Shown: positions 40,923-50,952 of the stretch, in pieces
How the letters are laid out: every line of letters begins with the position of its first letter
How positions within the stretch are numbered: position 1 is the stretch's first letter
DNA from: an uncultured Pseudobdellovibrionaceae bacterium
Lineage (GTDB): Bacteria; Bdellovibrionota; Bdellovibrionia; Bdellovibrionales; UBA1609
Reading direction: 5' to 3'
DNA length: 64,000 nt
NCBI GenBank assembly: GCA_963803705.1
Contig: CAWDNU010000001.1
Span: 480,001 to 544,000 of the forward strand
Notes under the pieces: generated by a model
What the model was told of the DNA's origin: nothing
The model's input: only the letters and a program-made list of their open reading frames with translations
The model's database searches: none
Translations under genes and position numbers: made by a program

Positions 40923-41098
40923 AATCACTATTGATTGATGAAATAATCTTTAAACTCAATAAGTCTTTCTGCGAAGAAGGGCTTTCTTTAATTTGGTCAT
41001 TAAGTTTTAGACTTAAGAACGAAATAATCATCAAAACTTATCAACCTAATAAAGCTAAGGATTGTCTAGCGTTTAATCAATACGGTGGATAAAAAAAT

Positions 41099-41120
41099 AC
41101 CCTCCGGCGAGAGGGTTTTA
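41099..41120. terminator. Bidirectional intrinsic terminator candidate
   Basis: A-tract, ACCCTC-loop-GAGGGT, T-tract, between convergent genes. Confidence 0.55.
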
Positions 41121-41424
41121 AAGCTTTAAACTTATTAGATACAATCAGAAGAGCTATTGATTAAACGACCAAATGGTCTGACTCCTTCGACCAAGGCGCA
41201 AACTTCGCTATGGGGATTGAATCAGGCCTTTTTTCTTTTAAAACTCTTATCTCCTGTCTATAAAAACTAAAATCTCTTAAATTTTTACTTTTCAGCTCAA
41301 GTTTTTTCATCAAAGTAGACTCCATTTTTATTTTTGAATTTAATTTTTATTTTTTAAATACAACAATCCATTACGCTCTTTGTAAATTAAAAAACGTTGG
41401 TTAAATTTAGGGGCAAGAACTTTT

Positions 41425-42576
41425 TTAAGCCGTGCTAAATCTAGATAAAAATTCAGACTGCCTTGTTAAAGTTTTGGTTTTGCAGTTTGGGCAAATATCT
41501 GGGTCAACGCCAGTTACTTTTTTCAAAATTTCTTTCCAAGTTTTTTCTAGTTTTTGAGTGAGGTGTTTAACATTACAAAGCTTTCTTATCTGTACAATAT
41601 TTTTAGCTTTCGACCTCGATCCCAGAATACCATAATGCCTGATCCTCATAAAACCACTGGGCAAGATGTGAAGCAAAAACCTTCTCATAAACTCAAAAAC
41701 ATGAAGCTTCATAATCTTCTTTTTTGTTGGATCTTTTGGATCTCGGTATTTAAAATACACTTGATCATCTTCAAGCTTTAATATTCTGTAGTTTGAGATC
41801 GCTATCCGGTGTGTATACTGAGATAAATACCTAATCACTGCTTTTGGGCCTGAAAAAGGTTTTCTAGAGTCCACAACAAAAGGCTTTGATGTGCACTCAA
41901 TCATCAGATCCCTAAAAAAGCCTGGCCTTTCTAATATTTTAAGGTCTCCATAAAACTTAAGCTCTTTTTTGGAGTGAGCAAATTCTAGTTTTTCTAAAAG
42001 CTTAGCTCTAAATACTTGAGACAATACTTTTACTGGTAAAAGATAATCTTCTTTTGCTTTTATCCACAGCCTTTTATCTTTTGATAAAAAACCACCCGGC
42101 ACAATAAAGTGAACATGTGGGTGGTCAATTAAAGTCTGGCTCCATGTATGAAGCACTCCAATAAACCCAAGATCTCCTGCATTTTTATATTGAGTCTCTG
42201 AGACCTCTTTTAGGGTCTCTTTGGCAGATTCAAATAAAAAGTCGTAGCAAATCTTTTTATTTTGTAAAAACAAAGGCCTAAGTTCACCAGGGATTGTAAA
42301 TACCACGTGAAAATAGGGACAAGGAAGCAAATCATCAGTTCTTTTTTCAACCCAATTATTCTTCCCAGTGAACTGACACTTTGGACAGTGCCTGTTCCTA
42401 CATGAGTTAAAAGCTTGTTTTTTATAATCACAAGATTTACAGCTTATCTGATGTCCACCAAGAGCAGAAGTTCTACAATTTACAATAGCATTGACGGCTT
42501 TATAATGTTGCTTTGGAAGGTAGTTTAAAAGGTGTCGGTGCTTTTTAAAAATTTCGGCTAATTCAATTGAGCTCAT
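41425..42576 (-). CDS. IS91 family rolling-circle transposase
   Basis: [30 protein letters not shown]...HPHVH (HUH), YLSQY (Y2), RIRHYG. Confidence 0.95.
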   Translation of the reverse strand: MSSIELAEIFKKHRHLLNYLPKQHYKAVNAIVNCRTSALGGHQISCKSCDYKKQAFNSCRNRHCPKCQFTGKNNWVEKRTDDLLPCPYFHVVFTIPGELRPLFLQNKKICYDFLFESAKETLKEVSETQYKNAGDLGFIGVLHTWSQTLIDHPHVHFIVPGGFLSKDKRLWIKAKEDYLLPVKVLSQVFRAKLLEKLEFAHSKKELKFYGDLKILERPGFFRDLMIECTSKPFVVDSRKPFSGPKAVIRYLSQYTHRIAISNYRILKLEDDQVYFKYRDPKDPTKKKIMKLHVFEFMRRFLLHILPSGFMRIRHYGILGSRSKAKNIVQIRKLCNVKHLTQKLEKTWKEILKKVTGVDPDICPNCKTKTLTRQSEFLSRFSTA

Positions 42577-43513
42577 TTCAACACCTCTTTAAAAAGATCA
42601 TCTAATGGGCTTTTGATATTGAGCTTTCCTATGTCAGCAACATGAGCGTATCTTGCTGTGGTTCTTACACAAGCATGTCCGAGTAAAACTTGGATGTGTT
42701 TTAAATTAACTCCTCGCTCAAGCAGATGAGTTGCAAACGAGTGTCTTAATAAATGAGGGTTAACTTTTTTTAACACCGGCAAGCTCTGCTGCACGCTTAA
42801 CCATATAACCAACTGCGGTGTGAGAAAGTTTTTTAGCTTTTCTTCCAGAGTGACTGTTCTTTGTTGGTGTGAATAAAAATTCAGATTTAAAATCATTTCC
42901 TATTCTATGTATTTTCCAATAAGTGCGAAGCGCTTTTAAAGTCACTGGAGATAAAAGAGCCTGTCTTGATTTTTGACCTTTAGCATTTCTGATTTGCATC
43001 ACCATACGGTCACTATCAATGTCTTTAACCTCTAAGTTTCTAAGCTCACTTTGTCTAAGGCCAGCAGAATATAAAGTTAAAATTACTGCCCTCCATAAAG
43101 CTGAGTGAACAACATCAACCATTCTTGCCACTTCACTTTCACTTAAAACAATAGGTATGTTTTTAGAGGTTTTTACTCATGGAAGTAGATGCCCAAACTC
43201 ATGCCGACCTAAAACATTCATATAAAAAAACTTAATTCCAGACAAATGTCTATTTACAGTGTTTGGTGCGTGTTCTTTTTCTTTTAACATGACTCTTTGA
43301 AATTTCTTAATTTCAGGCAAGCCTAAATCTTCAGGGCTTTGTCCAGAAAAAAAAATCTAGAAACTTATGAACAGACCCTAAATACCCTTTTAAAGTTGCT
43401 GCTGTTAACCCTCTGGACTCAATTTCTTCAATCAATTGATCGATGTAAATCTGTCTTTGAGAAGATGTAAATTTTTGTAGTTTATGACTCCTATTCTTAT
43501 CTTTTGTACTCAC
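42573..43513 (-). pseudogene. Tyrosine recombinase/integrase, disrupted
   Basis: Fragments join into SAM-like N-terminus, [31 protein letters not shown]. Frameshift at the A9 run 43347-43355, in-frame TGA at 43177-43179, frameshift at the T7 run 42765-42771. Confidence 0.9.
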
Positions 43514-43775
43514 GCGGTACTCCTTAGTTTTATCAACGGAATTGCTGATAAAAAGTACTCGGGTACAAAAGACTTTTGTTTTAAAATACTGATTTCTTAA
43601 CTAGACAACAGTCCAATGTAGTCTGTTTTTAAAACTCAAGGACTCTTAGTTTGGGGCCTTGCCGAAGGCAGTTAGTCCATTGGCCATTTTGCCGCTACAC
43701 CTGTACAACATAGTAGTCACTAGCTCTTCAGATTTATAAATTCAATTTTGGCTTCTATCTTTTATATTTATAAAT

Positions 43776-44630
43776 TTAATTTAAGTGTTTGTTGAAAAAT
43801 TTAATAACTAATTTTCTTTGAAAAAGACCATACCAAGCCACAGTGCTAGTGTGGCTAAGCTTACTTTTATAGATGGGTTTTGTATTAAAAAAAGCCTGAA
43901 CCATTTTTTGATTTTCATAAGGGACAAGTTGATCATTTTGAGAGGCGATGTTACCAATATTAATATTTTTTCCCAAATTTATCTGTTGTTTTGTAGGTTC
44001 AAGATCAAATGCATCACTTAGCTCTTTGATATACTGTTCATCATTTTTTAAATTATAAGCTTTGTATCTTTTAGCTTTCAGATCTTTCATAGCTTGCTGT
44101 GAGGATTTAACAATAAGGTCTGGAATAGGTAAGCCACCAACAATTATAAACCCAGCGCTCATTTTGCCGTTTGTAGTTAGTGCAATAGATGTATGAAGTG
44201 CACCTACGCTTGTACCTAAAATCCCAAAGATGTTGGTAGAAGCTTTGGTAATCACTTTATTTAAAGCTTTTTGTGCTGACCCATAAAATTTATTATGAAG
44301 ATTATATAAGTAACCTTTAATTTCATAACCAGTCCATTTTTGTAAGATAAAAACTTCAAAACCTTCAACGGCTAAACTTCTAGCATAAAGACGGTCTACA
44401 ATATTTTCTCCACCTGTGGGGGGAAATATAAATATGGTGGCTTTTATTTTTTTAGCTGATTTAGGTTGAACATGACGATATTTCACAAATTCGTTGTGTT
44501 CGGTGATTTCATGGCTAGAGTTTTTAGTTAACAAAAAAGGCAGCGTAAAGTTCACCGTAAAATAGTCGATAATAAAAGCAGTAAACACAAACCCTATTAA
44601 ACCAAAGAAAAGTAATTTTAAAGATATCAT
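43776..44630 (-). CDS. Membrane-anchored alpha/beta hydrolase
   Basis: N-terminal TM, GTSVG nucleophile elbow, DQLVP, SH; start moved to 44630. Confidence 0.7.
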   Translation of the reverse strand: MISLKLLFFGLIGFVFTAFIIDYFTVNFTLPFLLTKNSSHEITEHNEFVKYRHVQPKSAKKIKATIFIFPPTGGENIVDRLYARSLAVEGFEVFILQKWTGYEIKGYLYNLHNKFYGSAQKALNKVITKASTNIFGILGTSVGALHTSIALTTNGKMSAGFIIVGGLPIPDLIVKSSQQAMKDLKAKRYKAYNLKNDEQYIKELSDAFDLEPTKQQINLGKNINIGNIASQNDQLVPYENQKMVQAFFNTKPIYKSKLSHTSTVAWYGLFQRKLVIKFFNKHLN

Positions 44631-44824
44631 ATTAAGTTCCATTCTCAGTTGTTTGATTTTTAAAAGATCCATACATTGTCGCTTTGCCATCTACGTAATA
44701 CAATAAAGTCTTAACTGGAGTGACGGCTAAGTGCGTTAGCTGTATCTTAAATTAATGTTTTTAAGCAAGTACAATACAACTTTAAAAGAACTAACTCTTT
44801 TGGGTTTAAAACTTAGGATTTTTC

Positions 44825-45643
44825 ATGACTCAAAAAAAAACACAAACAGCATTAGTGACTGGGGCTTCTAGTGGAATCGGTTACGAGCTTTCAATACTCT
44901 TAGCTGAAAATAATTTTAATTTAGTTATAGTTGCACGCTCTAAGGATAAATTAGATAGCTTAAAAAAAGAAATCAAACGTAAACATAAGGTGAATGTTTT
45001 TCCTGTGGGAATGGATTTAGCGCTGCCAGATAGTTCCAAAGAGCTTTTGCATATTTTAAATGGTGAATCTATTCAAATCACTCATTTAATCAACAATGCA
45101 GGGGTAGGTGATCTATGTGCATTTGAAACTTCTGATTGGAAAAAACTAGATCAAATGATCAGTTTAAATATGCGCACCTTAACTCAATTGACCTATTTGT
45201 TTTTACCACAACTTAAAAAATCAAAAAGTGCGTGTGTATTAAATGTATCTTCAATAGCGGCATTTCTGCCAGGCCCTAATATGGCCGTCTACTATGCATC
45301 TAAAGCTTATGTTCAATCTTTCTCAGAGGCTTTGGCTGAAGAGCTAGCAGAACATGACATTGATGTTATCGCCTTGTGTCCTGGGCCTACGCAATCTGGC
45401 TTTCAAGAGGCCGCATCTATTTCATCTTCAAACCCTTTATTTAAGGGTGTGCCATCTTCAAAAGAGGTTGCAAAGTATGCTATTAAGTTAATTAATAAGG
45501 GATCAAGAGTTGGTGTTCATGGTTTTAAAAATAAAGTTATGGTTTTTTCTTTAAGGTTTTTACCACGCAGAGCAATTACAAAATTAATGAGTAAATTACA
45601 GTCTTCAAGAAAAAAACAGTTAAGTTTTGAGATAGGCGGTTAA
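44825..45643 (+). CDS. Short-chain dehydrogenase/reductase
   Basis: TGASSGIG, NNAG, YYASK, CPGPT. Confidence 0.92.
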   Translation: MTQKKTQTALVTGASSGIGYELSILLAENNFNLVIVARSKDKLDSLKKEIKRKHKVNVFPVGMDLALPDSSKELLHILNGESIQITHLINNAGVGDLCAFETSDWKKLDQMISLNMRTLTQLTYLFLPQLKKSKSACVLNVSSIAAFLPGPNMAVYYASKAYVQSFSEALAEELAEHDIDVIALCPGPTQSGFQEAASISSSNPLFKGVPSSKEVAKYAIKLINKGSRVGVHGFKNKVMVFSLRFLPRRAITKLMSKLQSSRKKQLSFEIGG

Positions 45644-45644
45644 G

Positions 45645-46520
45645 ATGGTTTCTGAAATATTTAATCCTGAAATGTGGGATACGGTTAGCGGATTTGAATT
45701 TACAGATATTACCTATCATAAAGCAAAAAATCAGGGCACGGTTCGTGTTGCGTTTAATAGGCCAGAAGTTAGAAATGCATTTAGACCCCAAACTGTTGAC
45801 GAGCTCTATACAGCCTTAGATCACGCACGCCAAACTGCGAATGTTGGCACAGTGATTTTAACCGGTAATGGTCCTTCGCCAAAAGATGCTGGCTGGGCTT
45901 TTTGCTCTGGCGGGGACCAAAGAGTCCGCGGACAATCGGGATATCAGTATGACCCCCTGTCAAAAGCAGGAAGGTTGCACATACTTGAAGTTCAAAGACT
46001 AATTCGCTTTATGCCTAAAGTGGTTGTTTGCGTCGTTCCTGGCTGGGCTGTTGGGGGTGGACACTCATTACATGTTGTCTGTGACTTAACGCTTGCCAGT
46101 CTAGAGCATGCAGTTTTCAAACAAACTGATGCGGATGTGGCCAGTTTTGACGGCGGCTACGGATCTGCTTACTTGGCCAAAATGGTGGGACAAAAAAAAG
46201 CTCGTGAAATTTTTTTCTTGGGCAAAAGTTACTCGGCTCATGAGGCTCTAGAGATGGGAATGGTTAATGCTATTTTCAATCATAAAGATCTAGAATCTGA
46301 GGCTCTTGGCTGGTGTCAGCAAATCAACTCTAAAAGCCCTACTGCTATTCGTATGCTCAAATATGCATTTAACTTGGCTGATGATGGTATGGTAGGGCAG
46401 CAGCTTTTTGCAGGAGAAGCCACTAGACTAGCTTATGGTACAGCCGAAGCAAAAGAAGGTCGAGACGCCTTCTTAGAAAAAAGAGATCAAGACTACTCTG
46501 AATTTCCATATCATTATTAA
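45645..46520 (+). CDS. menB: 1,4-dihydroxy-2-naphthoyl-CoA synthase
   Basis: RPEVRNAFRP, FCSGGDQ, GGGHSLH, SFDGGYG, EGRDAFLEKR. Confidence 0.96.
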   Translation: MVSEIFNPEMWDTVSGFEFTDITYHKAKNQGTVRVAFNRPEVRNAFRPQTVDELYTALDHARQTANVGTVILTGNGPSPKDAGWAFCSGGDQRVRGQSGYQYDPLSKAGRLHILEVQRLIRFMPKVVVCVVPGWAVGGGHSLHVVCDLTLASLEHAVFKQTDADVASFDGGYGSAYLAKMVGQKKAREIFFLGKSYSAHEALEMGMVNAIFNHKDLESEALGWCQQINSKSPTAIRMLKYAFNLADDGMVGQQLFAGEATRLAYGTAEAKEGRDAFLEKRDQDYSEFPYHY

Positions 46521-46526
46521 CAAAAG

Positions 46527-46554
46527 AAAAGCTCCAGCAAGGCGAGCTAGACAG
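46527..46554 (+). repeat. Second copy of a 28-bp hairpin motif
   Basis: 24/28 identical to 19055-19082, with a compensatory base-pair change. Confidence 0.65.
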
Positions 46555-46827
46555 ATCAAGAAAAGCGCCACTACATGTAAAGCTACACAGGAGAGAAAAT
46601 GTCGACAATATGGTGCTAAACTAGTTAGTAGGGATTGCCACAACGCAGTTAACCCAACTACAACTTAAGAATTAGTTTTCCTTAGAGCTCCTTTTATCTA
46701 AGACTAAATCAAAACGAATTATGTGAGCGGGTTGAAGCCCACCACGAAATACAGAGCTTTATCCTCCTTAGGTTCAGTTTTATAAACATAGGTTGAGTCC
46801 GCATTGATTCGTATTTAATATATCAAA

Positions 46828-47955
46828 ATGAACACTCGCTCGAATTGTGCCGTTATTTGCAAGATCCCATTAACTCTGTTCACAGTTTTAGTACTTAGCG
46901 GTTTTGCCCCAAAACCTCCTAGCGATGTAAAGATGACCAACTATGGCAATGGTTCAACCGTCCAGCTAGGCCAATCAGCATCCTTCAATGATGTGCTTAA
47001 AGTGCTAACCTTTGGCGGCGCCAGAGATAAGTTTGATTGCCAATTAGATGATGAAAGCACCGATGATGAGTGCGAAGTGTGCAACTGCTTCCACGAGGGC
47101 CGAGGTGAGTCAGCTCAAGGCAGAATAAATATCAGTAAAGTTGTTTACACTAGAGTACTTGAACGAAGTTATCCCAACACTGTTTGTGGAGTAATAACCA
47201 GAAAAGGTCATTTTTCGTGGTTCAATGCAGGGGAGCCCCAGAAGTTTAGAGTACTAAATGTTGGGATGCCCTCTGTTAGAAACTGTATCAAAACAACTGC
47301 AGACTCACAAAAATACAGAGGCACTTGGTTTGCCACACATTACCATACGACTAGTGTTAGACCTTGGTGGTTAAGAAGGAAAAATGGAAGTGCTAACTGC
47401 CGGGGTGGAGAGGTATTAGGAAATCACATTTTCTATCCTGGGTGTGACAGTATCTATCCCCCAGGTCCTAGAGCCACGCCATCTAATTCACCCGCAAGAG
47501 GAACCTCGTGGTTAATAGACTTCTTTGGCGTTAAATCTGCCAGTGCAAATACCAACCCATTAGAAAAATTTTTAAAGAAAAACAAATCTTATAAGCTAAA
47601 ATCAGATTTCTCTAATAATGTTAAAAAACTTATGGGGGATAAAAGAAATCCTGCAATTCGAACTGGGGATTTCAACGGCGACGGAATAGAAGATACCGTG
47701 GCCCTGTTAATTAAAGATAAAAAACATTTAATGACTTTTTTTGTATCACACCAAAAAGGCTTTAAGGCTCTACACATAAGGGCTTATAACGGTAATATGG
47801 TCTATCTAACGTCAATTCCTAAGTCGGATGTTAAGTCGGGCTTGCCTGGTAAAATATCTACAGACCTTGTCCAGTTAGAAACCTATATGGGTCCTACATC
47901 GGCCTATTTCATTTACAAGAATAGAGTTGTCCAGTTTAAGGGAGAACTAAACTGA
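46828..47955 (+). CDS. SleB/Hydrolase_2 cell-wall hydrolase fused to a GDFNGDG (FG-GAP/VCBS-like) domain
   Basis: FHEGRGE catalytic Glu, YPNTVCGVI, FSW, ATHYH, GNHIFY; C-terminal GDFNGDGIED. Confidence 0.82.
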   Translation: MNTRSNCAVICKIPLTLFTVLVLSGFAPKPPSDVKMTNYGNGSTVQLGQSASFNDVLKVLTFGGARDKFDCQLDDESTDDECEVCNCFHEGRGESAQGRINISKVVYTRVLERSYPNTVCGVITRKGHFSWFNAGEPQKFRVLNVGMPSVRNCIKTTADSQKYRGTWFATHYHTTSVRPWWLRRKNGSANCRGGEVLGNHIFYPGCDSIYPPGPRATPSNSPARGTSWLIDFFGVKSASANTNPLEKFLKKNKSYKLKSDFSNNVKKLMGDKRNPAIRTGDFNGDGIEDTVALLIKDKKHLMTFFVSHQKGFKALHIRAYNGNMVYLTSIPKSDVKSGLPGKISTDLVQLETYMGPTSAYFIYKNRVVQFKGELN

Positions 47956-47971
47956 ATCGAACCGAGTACAA

Positions 47972-48448
47972 CTAAGTGCCGCCACGTCTTTTTAAAGACA
48001 AAGTTAATTCAAACGTCATAACAGGTTCATCCATATTCGAAGTTTCAAAAGCTTGACCACGAATAAGTTTTTCTTCTCGCTGACCACTTTTCATAGCCTT
48101 TTCAATTAAGTTTTCAACGTCTTGGGTTTGTTCGCAAATAAAGTGCACGTCACCTTGCGCACGTTTAAGGAAGTTTGCTTTGAAATCTTTAAACAAAAAA
48201 TTGACAGGTTTCTTTTTCAAGAAAACAAGTTCGACAGCTTTTAGTGCGCAGGTAAGCTCGGCACCCACTGTTAAAGCTCCAAAATACATGGCACCAAGGT
48301 GGTTTTTTGTTCTGCGGTTTAATTTTATCTTTATTACAGCTCTTTTTTGGCTTAGCTCTAAAACTTTAGGTTTCATAAAAGCTATAATTGGAATTTTAAA
48401 AAAAGTTAATAAGTAAATTAAAAAACTTAATTTTGTTTCAGACTTCAT
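47972..48448 (-). CDS. Hotdog-fold thioesterase-like protein (DUF4442-like)
   Basis: RRTKNHLGAMYFGAL, FLKRAQGDVHF. Confidence 0.8.
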   Translation of the reverse strand: MKSETKLSFLIYLLTFFKIPIIAFMKPKVLELSQKRAVIKIKLNRRTKNHLGAMYFGALTVGAELTCALKAVELVFLKKKPVNFLFKDFKANFLKRAQGDVHFICEQTQDVENLIEKAMKSGQREEKLIRGQAFETSNMDEPVMTFELTLSLKRRGGT

Positions 48449-48535
48449 ATTTAGATCTCCAAAAATACGTCACAAGGATTATCCCAGATTTAAATCTGCT
48501 CAATGAATCGCGATATTTCTTATTCAAGCTAAACC

Positions 48536-49909
48536 TTAAGTTGCTTCTGCTTGTGCGTGATCTTGCAAATACGTTTTCTCTTTGTAAAAACTTGCTGCAA
48601 TCACATAGCAAACACCCGCGACTAGAACCAAAGCTGTGAAAAACCAGTAGTAACTGGCACCTGCAAGTTTTACGGTTCCATCAGCGTTCTGAATAAAACT
48701 ATTCACACTAGCAGTAATTACATTACCAAAAGATATAGAAAGCATGAATATAGCCATAACAAGTGATTTCATACTGTTGGGGGCCTGAGTGTAAGACAGC
48801 TCCAGGGCCGTTATAGATATTAAAACTTCGGCAGCTGTTAGAATAAGATAGGCTAGAAGTTGCCACATCATAGAGGGCGTCTGTCCTGACTGGATCCATT
48901 GCTCGGTAAAAGCTACAATTGAAAAAGCAATAGCAGTTATGAAAAAACCTACCCCAATCTTTCTTAGCGGGGTTACTTTGGTAAATTTTTCTGCAAATGG
49001 ATATACACCAAAAGTAAATAAAGGAATAAATAGCATTACGATCACCGGATTTATAGCTTGCAGCTGAGATGATAAGAGTTCGAAAGAAATAAAACCTAGA
49101 TTTACGTTTCTATTCAAATTTTCAGCCTGCAAAACCCATGAAGAGCCAGTCTGGTCATAAAGAGCCCAGAAGAAAGCTATGAAAAAATAAATAACTATTA
49201 GTCTTCCCAAAGCTTTTAAGCCCTGTGGTCCAAAAAGGTCTTTCTTATAATTTGCCCATCCTGTAGCGGGCATCGCCACAAATTCATGTCTACCTACGTA
49301 AAATATTATTGTAGCAATGAACATCAGTAGACCTGGAATTCCAAATGCTACAGCTGGCCCGTAAGCTTTCAGCATCCAAGGCGTTGCTAGAGTAGAAAAA
49401 AACGACCCAAAATTAATTGCGAAATAGAAGTAATTAAAAACTTTGTCTAAAAGTGTCTTTTTGCTAGCATCAAATTGGTCTCCTACATGAGCAGATACAC
49501 AGGGTTTAATTCCCCCGGAACCCACAGCAATTAAACCTAAGCCCAAAGCCAGCCAGATCTTTGGCTCTATAAGTTCGGCTGTAAAGGGCACGTCCATCAG
49601 TGCCAAACTTAAATGTCCCAAACAGTAAACTATAGATAAGCCAATTATAGTTTTGTATTTTCCTAAAAATATATCGGCTAGCAGGGCTCCAAAAATTGGA
49701 AAAAAATAAACAGCTGAAACAAAGGTGTGATACCAGGTTGCGGCCTGTTCTTTGGAAAGAGTGGCATCTTGTCCAAAACTATTTAATAGATATTGAGTCA
49801 TAAAAACCATTAGTATGGCCTTCATCCCATAAAAACTAAATCTTTCCGCAGCTTCATTTCCGACAATATAAAACACGCCTCTAGGCATTTTTTGAGATTC
49901 CATATTCAT
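48536..49909 (-). CDS. POT/PTR family proton-dependent peptide transporter
   Basis: EAAERFSFYG, GGIKPCVSAHVGDQF, FYFAINFGS. Confidence 0.95.
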   Translation of the reverse strand: MNMESQKMPRGVFYIVGNEAAERFSFYGMKAILMVFMTQYLLNSFGQDATLSKEQAATWYHTFVSAVYFFPIFGALLADIFLGKYKTIIGLSIVYCLGHLSLALMDVPFTAELIEPKIWLALGLGLIAVGSGGIKPCVSAHVGDQFDASKKTLLDKVFNYFYFAINFGSFFSTLATPWMLKAYGPAVAFGIPGLLMFIATIIFYVGRHEFVAMPATGWANYKKDLFGPQGLKALGRLIVIYFFIAFFWALYDQTGSSWVLQAENLNRNVNLGFISFELLSSQLQAINPVIVMLFIPLFTFGVYPFAEKFTKVTPLRKIGVGFFITAIAFSIVAFTEQWIQSGQTPSMMWQLLAYLILTAAEVLISITALELSYTQAPNSMKSLVMAIFMLSISFGNVITASVNSFIQNADGTVKLAGASYYWFFTALVLVAGVCYVIAASFYKEKTYLQDHAQAEAT

Positions 49910-49999
49910 TCAAAGTGTCCTTTTTAAAATTATATAAATAAGAAATGATGTATGTTTAAAATAAGTTTTATCGTAAACCTTTAAGTAGCCAAATAAAAT

Positions 50000-50848
50000 T
50001 TAAAAAGCCAATTTTAAACAAAATACCGAGCCACCGGATTTGATAAATTCGGAGGTATCAACTTTTTCGATTTTAAATTTAAAATCAATTAGCTTTGATA
50101 TAGAATCTCTATTTTGCTGATCAATTATAATGGTTTCACCATCAGGACAAAAAAGGTTACAGGCCAAACCATTCTTGGCTTCATCCAAAGGAATTTCAAT
50201 TCTAGTTTTGAAGTGCTTTTCTAATAAAGACAAGGATTCTGGATCAAAAGCCTCTTTTACTAATGCACAGGTTGTATCATTTAAGATCGCTAAACACGTG
50301 TCTAAGTGGTAAAAGTAAGGGCTGATTAGTTTCAAAGAAATTACATTTTTTTTAGTTATTGCTTGCAACTCTAAACCCACATCCTTATGGGTTCTAAAGC
50401 CGTGTCCTACAAACAAGGTGTTTTGATCAAATGACCACAGAGCATCACCCATGCCTTCGAAAGGGCCCACATTTAACTGGTAGGTTTTGTAGCCTCTTTC
50501 ATGAGCCCAATTTTTAAAATAAAGAACTTCACCTGCTCTTTCTGCGGTGGCCATATGGCTTAAAATAAAACTTTGCTCAAAGCCGTGGCCCGGATCAAAA
50601 AAGGGTAAAAGCTGGTTAGCCGTAAAAACCATATCAGGGTGAGTCTCCGACGGAGGGATTTGCAATACATTTAGACCCAAATCTAGATATATTTGCTGCA
50701 AGGCATTCCACTGTTCTTGGGCCAGTTTTTCGTTAATAGGTTTTAACCTGCCATCGACATCGCGCATAAAAGGATTGATCTCATAGTCTATTTTAAAAAA
50801 CTTTGGAGACACCATTAAAATATTTTTAATCTTATTTTGACTGACCAT
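50000..50848 (-). CDS. Amidinotransferase / DDAH-like pentein
   Basis: YEINPFM, PDMVFTAN, FEGMGD, YHLDT, KSGGSVFC; start moved to ATG 50848. Confidence 0.88.
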   Translation of the reverse strand: MVSQNKIKNILMVSPKFFKIDYEINPFMRDVDGRLKPINEKLAQEQWNALQQIYLDLGLNVLQIPPSETHPDMVFTANQLLPFFDPGHGFEQSFILSHMATAERAGEVLYFKNWAHERGYKTYQLNVGPFEGMGDALWSFDQNTLFVGHGFRTHKDVGLELQAITKKNVISLKLISPYFYHLDTCLAILNDTTCALVKEAFDPESLSLLEKHFKTRIEIPLDEAKNGLACNLFCPDGETIIIDQQNRDSISKLIDFKFKIEKVDTSEFIKSGGSVFCLKLAF

Positions 50849-50952
50849 ATTTGTACTTTGACAGTCTGTTTGACCAAAGTCTAGCATAGACACTAAGCCG
50901 TTAAATTCCCGACAGAATAATAAGTTTCGCAATTTAACTGGCATAGGGGGAA

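Larger units (their letters stand above)
41155..43680 (-). mobile_element. IS91-family element carrying a tyrosine recombinase and a Y2 transposase
   Basis: int-tnp gene pair with ATGA overlap; both ends show a small hairpin followed by GTTTAATCAAT or GTTAGTCCAT pointing outward. Boundaries approximate. Confidence 0.8.

Noticed and set aside
43177..43179. In-frame TGA as selenocysteine or alternative genetic code
   Set aside because: TGA is a normal stop in other genes here, and the same gene has two frameshifts.
40368..43513. Classical integron (IntI plus attC)
   Set aside because: The recombinase lacks the IntI-specific insertion before HxxRH, and no RYYYAAC...GTTRRRY attC site was found.
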